NCBI GenBank assembly: GCA_033442325.1
Contig: JAWQFM010000015.1
Coordinates: forward strand, 58,794 to 122,793
From: Salpingoeca rosetta
Lineage: Eukaryota; Protista; Choanoflagellata
Direction of reading: 5' to 3'
Length of the DNA stretch: 64,000 nt
The notes below the pieces were generated by a model. The model saw only the letters and a list, made by a program, of their open reading frames with translations, was not told where the DNA came from and searched no databases. Both the position numbers and the translations under genes were made by a program. Positions 38,899 to 50,357 of the stretch are shown here, piece after piece (the stretch's first letter is position 1; every line of letters starts with the position of its first letter).

Positions 38899-40754
38899 AT
38901 GATGAGGATGAGGACGTTGAGTGGTTGTGGTTGTGGTTGTGGTTGTGGTGGTGGTCGTGTTTTTGTTGTGTTGGTGGCCTTGGTGGCGGGTGTGTCGGTT
39001 GTTGGCGGGGTTGTTGCGAGTGAGGGGAACGCAGATGACAGAAAAGGTCCTTCCGGGCCAGCTCCAGCTCCACCAGCATGGATGGATGTGTTGGCACCGC
39101 CGTACCCGCGTGGTGAATTCGGGTGGAACATGACGCTTCAAACGTTTCGCGAACAATGGGTGCGGCGAACAGCAGCACTGCGTGAGCGGCGAAACGAAGG
39201 GGACGGTGGCACCGCTGGCGAACGCATGTATGAAGTGTTCCACCCCAGCACCACGCCACCATCTCGTGATGATGATGCGTTGCCGTGGGTGAGCGTGCGC
39301 CGACTGGCACGCGCAGGTGTTGGGGTGCAGGTGGCCGTGGCCACCGACCCACTCCGCACGCTGTCCATCTATGAGCCGGGAGACCGGGGCACCTGCAACT
39401 CGCCCGCAGACAACAGGTTCGACAATAGCTCCTCCATGAGCCACACCTGTAACTTCTTCATGCCTAGCACCACGTTGCCTGCTGCGTTGATGAGCACGGG
39501 CATGTGCAAACGTATCCGAAACACCCACCGTGTGTTGTGTCCTTCATCAACCTGCTCGCCCCGATTTGCAGGACACTCGTGAGCGAGTCCGCTGCACGGT
39601 ATGGGTGCACATACGCTGCGAACGCTGGCTTCTTCAACACGCATACAGGTACCACGTTGTGCATACGTGGGCATATGAGTATGCTGCTGTGAAGAGGAAC
39701 GCGTGTTGTGTTAAGTGCAGCATATGGGAAAGGGGGTGAAAATGCGCAGTTGCAATGCCATGGATTGCAGCCGTGTGTATGTGTGATTAGCATTTGCCCG
39801 CGGCCGCGCCTGTGCTACCTGCCTCTCCCCCTTCTTCTTCTTGTTCTTCTTCTTCTTCTTGTTCTTCTTCTTGTTCTTGTTCTTCTTCTTGTTCTTGTTC
39901 TTCTTCTTCTTGTTCTTGTTTTTCTTCTTGTTCTTCTTCTTGTTCTTGTTCTTCTTCTTCTTGTTCTTGTTTTTCTTCTTGTTCTTCTTCTTCTTGTTCT
40001 TGTTTTTCTTCTTGTTCTTCTTCTTCTTCTTCTTCTTCTTCTTCTTCTTCTTCTTCTTCTTCTTCTTCTTCTTCTTCTTCTTCTTCTTCTTCTTGTTTTT
40101 CTTCTTCTTCTCCTCCTCCTCCTCCTCCTCATGCTTCTCTTCCAACATCTGCTTCTGCTTCTTACTGGGTGCCACGCTGGTTTTCGTTTTGACTGCAGGC
40201 GCGTGCTATGGCGACATTGTGAGCGATGGGCGGCTGGTTGCTCGGCCCGGGCGCCGCAACGCCCACTTTGGGATCCGGCAGGACGGCAGCATCGTGGTCG
40301 GGTATCTCGATGACATCCACGCCGTCATCAACGACAATGGGGCTGCGGACGGCAACAGCACATATGCCAGTGACACCAGCAATGATGATGGTGGTGGTGG
40401 TGGTGGTGGTGGTGGTGATAGTGCGGCTGATGAGATGAATGATGATGAGGGTGGTGCTGGTGATGCACCAACACCGTCTCCCGCTCCATTTGTGCAGCTC
40501 ATCTCTGGTACGATGATGGCCAACGAAGAGTGTCCAAGTTGCCTCTGAGCTGACTGTGCTTGTTTGTGTTCCAGTCGGCCTCTGTGCCTTGAATGTTCAC
40601 TGCGTCAAGTGTGTTTCTCACTCTCGTTTTGCATCTCCGCTCCCCCCTCCCACCTCCTCTCTCAATACACGTCAGGGGCGCTGTGGCTGGTGCGGAATGG
40701 CAGAAACAACGTGTTTGAAAGCATCTTGGCCGAGGACATGAGCATCCAGGAAAC

Positions 40755-40795
<41 letters not shown>

Positions 40796-41395
40796 TGTGT
40801 GTATCTGTTTGTGTCTGTGTCTGTGTCCTGTCTCGTGTTCCTTTTCCTCTTCCCGGCCCCTCTCCCTCCTCATTGTACCCTCCAGCATTCACTCAAACCA
40901 CCACCTCCTGCTTCTCTCCCTTCAACCCCGTGCCTTGCACCAGGGAGCTGGAGCTATTTTGCCAGCGTGCAGTCTGCACGGACCGCAATTGGGCACACCG
41001 CCGATGGCCGTGCTGTTGTTGTGCAGCACGATGGCAAGACGGGGCAGGCAGGGTGAGCAGTGGATGCATTGCAAAGGGGATGCGTGTTCGTGTTTGACAC
41101 TGCACTCACACTAACCGTCCGACATTGGCCGTGTTGCAATGTCATGCAGACACAAGTATTGCCTGTTTCTCATGTTTGTTTGTGTGGCGTGCATTGGCAC
41201 TGTTGCTGTCATCACCATCACAACAGCATGAGCTTGTACGACTTTGCCGATCTGCTCATTGGTCTGGGTCTCGTCAATGCCATCAACTTGGAGGGAGGTG
41301 TGTGTGTGTGTGTGTGTGTGTGTCTGTGTGTGTCTGTGTCTGTCTGTGTCTATGTCTGTGTGTGTCTGTGTGCGTACGCGTGTGTGTGCGCGCGC

Positions 41396-41435
<40 letters not shown>

Positions 41436-42267
41436 TATCTGACTTGCTGCCTGCATGTTTCCCTACCTCCCTGCATCTGTGCCCGTTTGAATCCCTCACC
41501 TTGCCAATTTACGCGCCATTCACGCCGAGCGACACGTGCACGTATGACCGATGCGATTGCACCGGCAACGAGACGACGTGTGCGCCCGTCTGCTCAAAAT
41601 TCACGTAAGTGAACCGCAAATACACATGTGCTCTTGAGCGTTCTGTCGTTCGTCCACGCACGCACACACACACACACACGCGCGCACATGCACACGCTCG
41701 GTCCCGTAGGTGTTGTCACTCCCAAGTGCACTCACACACACACACACACACACATTTTCACTCCCAAATGCACTCACGCACACTCACTCACTCACTCACA
41801 CGCACACTCACTCACTCACTCGCAGGTGCGAGCGCAGGGTGACGACGATCGTGTGCATGCACGCTCCACGCGAGTACGAGGGCGTGGGGTGCGTGTCTGC
41901 GGTTGACTGCAGCCCACATGAGCAGTGCGTGGGCGGGCGATGCCAGTCGACATCAACAGCCGTGCTCGGCCTGCCCTGCACCAACAGCGGTCTGGGCGCC
42001 CTGCTGTTGGCCCTGGTGTGCATCCTCGTTGTGTCCGTGGGTGCCAACGTGGCGCTGGTGCTGCGGCGAAGTGGCTACTCCATCCTCACCTCATCATCGT
42101 CTTCGGCGGCCACGAATGGCAAGATGGACCCGCTCATGTCTGCGCTCAGCTGGATTCCTGACGACGATGATGACGATGATGATGATGACGACGATGATGG
42201 TGGTGGTGGTGTGGGTGGACATGGGGACGATGTCAGGCTCTTCTCGCTCAGGGAAGCGAGGTTTTGA
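38899..42267 (+). CDS. NAGPA: N-acetylglucosamine-1-phosphodiester alpha-N-acetylglucosaminidase (uncovering enzyme, NAGPA-like)
   Basis: Signal peptide, then [57 protein letters not shown]|[24 protein letters not shown] and [13 protein letters not shown]. An EGF-like Cys segment, a TM helix and an acidic cytosolic tail follow. One internal junction (about 41298-41529) is unresolved. Confidence 0.85.
39830..40110. repeat. (CTT)n/(CTTGTT)n pyrimidine microsatellite in NAGPA intron
   Basis: About 280 bp of CTT/GTT repeats. Confidence 0.95.
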
Positions 42268-42976
42268 CGTTGCTTATGGATGATTGGTTGCTCATACTTG
42301 GTTAAGGGCTGCATTAGCTGCATTAGACAATTAGGACTGTAAACCCTCAAGTAATGCACGACAACGTGAGGAGCTCTGGTTGTGGTGTATGGAGGGGGGT
42401 GCCAACGTTTCAGCGCTGCGTGCATCGCTGCGGCAGTGCGATCTCAATCAGGACAAAATACTGCAGCATATCGTTGCTTGCGCTTATGATGAGTTGGAAC
42501 AATACAAACAGAGAAAGGAAATATGTACAGAGGAAGAATTCCAGAATGTCAACGAATGCGGTTCGGTTGTCGCATTGGCGGTGCTGTGTCGATTGTGATC
42601 ACGAACGGCAACCTGGGTGAAGGGGTGAAGGGGATGAACAAGTGTGTGCAGAGGAAGAGAAGACAAGACAAGACAAGACCACAACAGCACAACACTCGCC
42701 AAGAACGAGAACACTAGAACAAGCAATGTATGGCTGCTGCGCCTGCGCTCTCATGCTGCCGCAAGGCCAGAGTTGGACAGCAGTCTGTCAAGATAGAATC
42801 TGAGAAAGAAGAACACACGAACTCAATAGAAGAACACCAACCAACAGCCAAAACAGCCGTCCTTGACAGAAAAGAGCAGTCCTGACTCGTGTCATCTGTG
42901 TGCCTCGTTTTGCCGAATTTTCAATAATGATTTCAACAATATTTCTCTCACCTGTCATTTTTGACGTGGAGGGAAA

Positions 42977-43008
42977 TTTGAAAAAAAATCCAACCGCCAA
43001 ACCAACCG
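42977..43008 (+). promoter_or_regulatory. Candidate CHR element (TTTGAA) plus two MYB/MSA-like CAACCG sites upstream of KNL1
   Basis: TTTGAA at 42977-42982 and CAACCG at 42991 and 43003, in an AT-rich patch about 150-180 bp upstream of the ATG of a mitotic gene. Motifs are short. Confidence 0.35.
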
Positions 43009-43155
43009 CTGGCTCACAACGCATTCACACTCACCCCATCCACACACACATACACTCACCCCATCCACACACGCGAGCGGCTTGTTCGTCATGTCATCGT
43101 TCCAAGTGTTCGAGGACACGGAGCGGGTCGCACACACGCGAGCGGCTTGTTCGTC

Positions 43156-43677
43156 ATGTCATCGTTCCAAGTGTTCGAGGACACGGAGCGGGTCGCACTG
43201 AGGTGCGTGGTGCCTGCGTTGCTGTCTGTGCCTGTGTGTGTGTGTTGGTGGGTGCAGATGTTACTGCGTGTGCTGTGCGCGCATGCTTTGTGTGTGGATG
43301 ACTCTATTCGCTGCAGAAACGCTCCATGGCTCACCGGTCGCAACTCTTTTCTCGTGCGTGCGGTTCAGGTCCAAGCCAGCGAAGCTGCTGCGACGCCGGT
43401 CTTCCGGGGTAAGCACGCGACCCTCCTCACAGACTGTCCAGGAAACACACACACACACACACACACGTACACACACACACGTGCACACATGCACACGTAC
43501 ACGCACATGCTCACACGCACGCACACGCTCACACGATCATGACCTGTTTTCGCCCTTTTTGCAGATCCTCAAGAATGCCGAAGCTACAGCACTGCGGAGC
43601 ATTGACTCCAACACGCCAAAGAAGCGGTGCGTTGCATACAAGTGTGCCTTTGTTACAGCAGTGACAATTCATCTACA

Positions 43678-43716
<39 letters not shown>

Positions 43717-45637
43717 ATTATGCGACCTCAGTTTCATCACCCCCCTCACCAACTCTGTTTTGCACTTGCCACATCCACGACACCAGCGCAAAGAAGGTGC
43801 GGCAACGCAAGTCGCTTGGTCGCCGCGTCAGCTTTGCAGCCGACGACCAGCTCCGCAAAATCAGGTGTGCACAGCTGTGCAGTTGTGCGTGTGCAGTTGT
43901 GCGTTTGCGCAAGTACCACCACAGTCGTGCACCTGCACATCATCACAACGGCAAGGAACACACAACATGACTCACGCACACTTCACCTTCGCTGTGGTGT
44001 GCAGGGAGTACAACACAGAGGCGCAGGCCTGGAGCACAGCCGTCACCTCCACGTCTGAGGACGCAGCGCCCGTGTCTGTTGTGTCCACGAGCGCAGAGCC
44101 GGGGGTTGGTGGGCCCTTTGTGGATTTTGGACTGAGCAGCAGCAACACGTGGGCTGATCCCATGTTCACGGAAGCAAAGAGCGACACCACACAGGAGGAG
44201 CAGAAGCAGCCAGCCGTGCACCAACGCCGCACTACCGCAGCACGCAAGTCGATTGCTGGTGGTGGTATGGACCTGGATGAATCTGGCCTGGTTGGCGGCC
44301 TTGTCCCCGCCGATGCACAGGTGTGAATGGCGGCTGGCCTGCAAGTTGTTGGTTGCAATCGTGCGCGCAGGCACACAATCTGCACGCATACATGCAAGCA
44401 CGAGCAAGCACACACAGATGCAAACGCGCATGCACGCAACTTACATGCATCACAAAACACAATGGCATATCACAACAACACAACGTGCCACGTACATGTT
44501 TGAGTTCATGCCTATTCCACTCACACATCCTCGTGCTGTCCCTCGCCACCACGTGTTCACACCCTCTTGCACATGCAGACAAAGAAGGCACCGCGCAAGT
44601 CCATTGCGTTTGCAACAGATATGGATGAGACAGGCAACTTTGGCGGTGTTGAGGTGGACCAGCAGCCACGTCAACAGAAGCGTGACAGCCGCAAGAGCAT
44701 CGCCTTTGCCTTCGATATGGACGAGACAACCACAATTGGTGGTGTTGACGCTGAAGAAGCAGAGATGCAGCCACAGTCACAGCAGCAGCAGCAGCAGCAG
44801 CAGCATCAGGCCAAGAAGGCGCCACGCAAGAGCATCGCCTTTGCAGATGACATGGAGGAGACAGGCAACTTTGGAAAAGTGGAAGCCGGCGGGCACATGA
44901 AGAGTACAGCAGCAAAGCGTGACAGCCGCAAGAGCATTGCCTTTGCCTTCGATATGGACGAGACAACCACAATTGGCGGTCTGGAGCAACAAGACGCCTA
45001 CGCGCAGCAGCAGCAGCAGCGGCAGGCCAAGAAGGCGCCGCGCAAGAGCATTGCGTTTGCAACAGATATGGATGAGACAGGCAACTTTGGCGGTGTTGAA
45101 GCAGCAGACGCGGTGCCGACAACACAGCAGCAGCATCAACAATGGCAGCAGCAGCTGGAATCAAGCGCAAGCAAACACACGCAGAAGCAGCCCCGCAAAA
45201 GCATTGCCTTTGCCTTTGACATGGACGAGACGACCACCATTGGTGGTGTCGATGCAGAAGCGCCGGCACATCAGGCACAGCAGCAGCGGCAACAACAGCA
45301 GCCACAACAGCGTGGCGCCTTCAAGCGGCCTCGCAAGTCCATCGCCTTCGCTGCAGACATGGATGAGACGGACAACTTTGGTGGCGTGGAAACCATCAGC
45401 AACCCACAGCAGCAACAGCAACAGTTTGCTGCCAAGCGCGAAAGCCGCAAGAGCATCGCTGCTGCCTTTGATATGGACGAGACGACCACCATTGGTGGTG
45501 TTGATGGATCTCCTGATGATGCCAATGCAGGGCTCTGTAGCGACGACGCAAATCCGAGCAAGAAACCGCGCAAGTCTATTGCCTTTGCTGCCGATATGGA
45601 CGAGACGGACAACTTTGGTGGCGTCGAGGTGGCAGGC

Positions 45638-45669
<32 letters not shown>

Positions 45670-48058
45670 GTTTGTTGCAAAGCGTGAAAGCCGCAAGAGC
45701 ATTGCTTTTGCATTTGACCTGGATGAGACAACCACAATTGGTGGTGTTGATGCTGAAGAAGAACAGCAGCAGCCACAGCGCCAGCAACAGCCACAGCAGC
45801 AGCCACACCAGAACGAATTCAAGCCGCCACGCAAGAGCATTGCCTTTGCGGATGATATGGAGGAGACAGGCAACTTTGGCACAGTGCAATACTCTGCTGC
45901 AAAGACCGACAGTGTGCGCCAGCAACAACAAGAGGCCGTGATGAAAGCACAGCGTGACAGCCGCAAGAGCATCGCCCTTGCCTTCGATATGGACGAGACA
46001 ACCACAATTGGTGGTGTTGACGCTGAAGAAGCAGAGATGCAGCCACAGTCACAGCAGCAGCAACCTGCTCAACTGCTGCAGCAACCCCGCGCGGCGTTCA
46101 AACCCTCGAGAAAGTCTGTTGCCTTTGCCACGGACATGGAGGAGACCGACAACTTTGGCGGTGTTGAAGAGGCAGTTGATGGCAATGACCGCGCTGGCTT
46201 CAGCAGCAGCAGCAGCAGCGACGAGGTTAAGGCAAGCACGTCGCCTGAACCCTCAGCAGCAGCACCACAGACAACAACGGAAGCACCGGCGCCACTCACG
46301 ACAAGCACAGCTTCCGTCACTTTGGAGCCAAAGGCGAAGAGCAACAGATCAACAACGACAGCAGCAGTGACAGCAGCGGTGACAGCAGCAGTGGCAGTCC
46401 CGGCTGCAAGTCCCACCTTGACTGGCGGCAGCACAGGCACGTTCGCTGCGGTCCTGGCTGGCAAGAGCAGCGGGTTTGGGGGCGATATCCAGAACGAAAC
46501 TGTCGACTTTTCTGATGAGATTACAATCACGCGTCCCGGTGACCTGATGCCAGGCAGTGGTGCAACCAACAACACTTGCAGTCCAGCGCACGCACCTTCC
46601 ACACCAGCAACAACAACAGCGGTTGATGATGTTGCGACACCCACATCCACTTCACCGGCTGCCACCGCCACTGTTGAGAAGGAAGCTGAAGCTGTTGCTC
46701 AAGTGACTGCGACAGCGGAGCAGGGAACTGTGGAAAAGCCACAGGGCGATGAGGCCCACATGAAAGGCGAAAGCACGACCACTGCAGCAGCACAAGACGC
46801 CGCGCCGATGCCTGCACAAATGTCACCAGCTGAAGCGCCTTCAACACCAGCGGCTGCAACGGCAACACAACCAGTGGCACGCTTGACTTCGTCTGTCCAC
46901 CGTCGTAGCTCGCGCATGTCAAGTGCACGCAAGCGCAGTGGTGTCAAGACGCGTCGTTCGTCATCTGCTGCTGCATCATCGCTTCCACCAGTGCAGCCCG
47001 CGCAGCATGGCCCACTCTTTGCTCGCTTTCTTCAGGAGATCCAGGTGGGCTTGGTACTGGTTCACTTGCGCATGTGCCTGTACCTGCGAGCATGCGCACG
47101 CAACAATGCTTGGAACTGTTTGGATATGAACCAGTTTGCACATGAGAGTATTGTGAGGGTGTCGAGCTTTTGCACCACCAAACCACGCTACCATGGCGCG
47201 TCTGACCTCTTGCCATCCATAATCGTCCTCCCTCCTCCTCTTTCATTGTCGACAGATCAACTTCCTGGACAACCTCTCTTCGCGTCGCCGCACCACGATG
47301 CTCGGTGCTCCTGCGCTTGCACCGGCGCCGATCGATGAGCGAACGCTCGCTGTGCACGGCACAACGTTTCTGCCGCAGCTGTCGCAGGTGCGCTGGAGCT
47401 GTGAGGAGTTGACCAAAGTCACGCATGAGATGAAGCGTGTTGCTGGCGGGAAGATTGACGCTGCCGTCAACCAGAACACCTCGCTTGTCAACGCCGTCAC
47501 CTCGCTCGAGTACGTTGCGATGAAAGCTCTTGCGTGTGCGCCTGCGCCTGCGCATGTGTGTCTTCATAACGACAGTTGATTGTTGCTGTGTCCTTCCGTG
47601 CTTGTGTACACGTGCACGCAAGTGACGCGTTTGTGTTGTTCATGGTTATCTGCTTGTGCTTACAATTGTATTCACTTGAACCTGCGAACAAATCACACCT
47701 GCTTTTCCACTTTTGTGCAGGCTCAAGGACCACGAGCTTGCGCTGCTGCAAGAGGACATGGCGGCCATGAAGGAGGTGTGCCGCCAGGAAGCAAAGCATG
47801 CCTGGCATGTTTGGCGACACAAGTTGGAGACGGCCATTCACGAATCCCTGCAGGTGTGCCACGCACTGATGCATACTTGCTTCCGATTGCATGCATGCAC
47901 ATGTGTTGAAGCATGCGCACATGTGTGTGTACCATGCGTGCTATCGACCGTGCGTTTAAGCGGGTCTTTTTCCCTTCACACACGCATGCAAACACACGCA
48001 CACCTCCACACACACACACACACACACTTACAAACACCTCCACACACACCTCCACATG

Positions 48059-48090
<32 letters not shown>

Positions 48091-49888
48091 TACACCGCAC
48101 AGACGGAGAAGACTGCGCTCGACAAAGATGCGCAGTTCTATGACATGGCTCTCGCGAAACTGCAGGGAAAGACAGACAAGCTTCAGGCAGCGCTGAGCGC
48201 GCTTGAAGGTGTGTTGTGAATATGACTCGAAATGAACCTTAAGCTGTCGGCGTCGCTGTGGAACCCAGCATGTGGCGGGCGTTGCAGTATCAGTTGTCAC
48301 GTTCTGCATGGGCTGAACGCTTCTTGTCTTGTTTAAACTGCTTGCATGTTAACTCTCCCAATCCCATCCCATCTCACCACTCCCCACGACTGCCACAATC
48401 ACGTACCGTTTCCTCCAGATGAGGAAGCGCAGCTCGACAGTCAGCTGCTGAGCGAATCTGCCGTGGACGAGCAACTGCAACGCACACAGCAGCACGGCGC
48501 GTTGCAAGAGGAGCACGCATCCCTCGCGGCAGAGCTGAAGGTGTTGACGGACAGCCTAAACACGGAGCGAGACACACTGCTGTCGTTGGAAGTGCAGCTG
48601 CAGCAGGTGCAGGATGCATGCACAACGCTCGAGGAGCAGAAGAAGGCTGCTGCCGACGCCGTGAGTGAGCAGCAGGTGGACGCAGCCGCGCAGCTGTACA
48701 GCGACGTGGCGTCGCTCTGCCAGTGGGAGCTGCTCAGCTTCTACAAGGGCGGACAGCTAACTGTGTCTGCAGACATGCCTGGTCTGTGCACGCGTGCTGC
48801 CATGCTGATGACACGCGACGCCTCTGTGACGGCCGAGCTGACGCTCAGCAGCAGTCGCGACCGCATGTCGTCACGCGCACACGTGACACACTGCGCTGTC
48901 TCGTGGACATGCCCCAATGTGAGTCGGTGGTGGTGGACGGTTTGTAGCGATCTTGCAAACGTGCATGAGCAACGAGGGTGTTGCGGTTGGGGTACATCTG
49001 CAGTGTGCACATATTGCGTCGTGTTCGTGTGTGTGATTACGTCGCGTGCACATGCGTTGTTGCGTGATGGGTTGTGCGTATCAAAATTGTTTGCCCACCA
49101 ATCTGTCAGCGCTTACACTCACAACATGATGTTGTGTTGTGTGCCTGGATTCGCCTTTTCAAACACTTGCAGTCCCCCCACCTGTCGCAGATGCTTGGCA
49201 CCTTCTTCGCTCCTGCCGCCTTCACAGCTGACGGCTTGTCTGTTGCGCAGACACTCGATCACATCTCGTTGCGTGTCGCCAAATGCGCGCAGCTGTGCGT
49301 TGAACTCGCGGGTGCTAGCGTGTTCGCTGACATCCACACGTCTGTTGACGCAGACAAGATCCAAATCACGCTGCCCAGCATGTGGTGAGTGATGGTGGCA
49401 GTGGTGGTGGTGCGTGTGCGTGTGTGTGCGTGTGTGCGTGTGTGTGCACGTACACAACGCACACCATGCTAACCGTGCGCCCATGAGCTAACGCTATCCC
49501 TTTCTCTCCTCGCTTGTTCGTGTTATCATGTAACAGTTTCAGCAAGCGCGTGGAGCTGAGCACAACAGTCACCACCACGCTTGATCATTTGTTTGAGGAC
49601 GAGCACACAGACATTGCCGTCGAGGTGAGAGCATAACTCCTGTTAGGGTTCCTTTCTGTCTTGGGCACATGTCATTGCTCAATGGTACACACCCTCATTC
49701 ACTTGCTGATTTACTCACACACATGCACATACACATACACACACACGCACACTCAACGACATGTGGTTCAGGTTGTGTCTGGAAGCGTGGATCACATGCG
49801 TGTGAAGGGACACATGCGGGCCGTCCTTGGTGGCGAAAACACGTCCACCCTCTCCGCCATTCTTCGTGCTGCACGCACGTGCGAATGA
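43156..49888 (+). CDS. KNL1: Kinetochore scaffold KNL1/Spc105/Spc7
   Basis: RRRSSG|ILK (SILK) and RKSLGRRVSFA (RVSF) PP1 motifs, 13 MELT-like MDET/MEET repeats, Spc7-type region FLQEIQ|INFLDNLSSRRRTT...WSCEEL...EAKHAWHVWRHKL, coiled coil, and putative RWD-like C-terminus. Confidence 0.88.
44590..46170 (+). repeat. 13 MELT-like coding repeats in strict A/B alternation
   Basis: A = RKS(I/V)AFAxDM(D/E)ET(G/D)NFG, 7 copies. B = RKSIA(F/A/L)AFD(M/L)DETTTIGG, 6 copies. Spacers are mostly Gln-rich. Confidence 0.95.
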
Positions 49889-50357
49889 GCTGGCCCACAT
49901 CGCATGTGTATGTTTGTTTGCGTTTGTGGTTTGCTTTTTGCACCACCATGTCATGCGCTTTTTGTTTGATCGATTGATTGCTTCACTCACACTCGTCGTG
50001 TGTTCCATCTTTGTCTTCATCACTGGTCGTTGTTTGCTTCTTGTTTGCATGCAACAACTCATGTGGGTGTTTGTCCCTGCTGTTCATGTCACGATCTTGT
50101 TTCCGCGCCCTTGCCTGTTGCACGCGTTGCTGGGTTGTTTGCTTGCTTGCTTCTGGTTTGTTTCTTCTGTTACACCCATGCCCATTTCTTTGCTTGTAGA
50201 CACGCACACAGAAAGCGAATAAAGAGAAAAGCATCTTGCGCTGCACGCAAGTCCAAGTTGCACACAGACAAACACAGACAAACACACAAACACACACACG
50301 CACACGCACGCACACAAACACACAGACACAGGGTCGTAAATTGCCTTATCCTGGAGT

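Noticed and set aside
44590-46170. Regularly spaced repeats with variable spacers resembling a CRISPR array
   Set aside because: The repeats are in-frame coding units with synonymous variation within KNL1. The context is eukaryotic and there are no cas genes.
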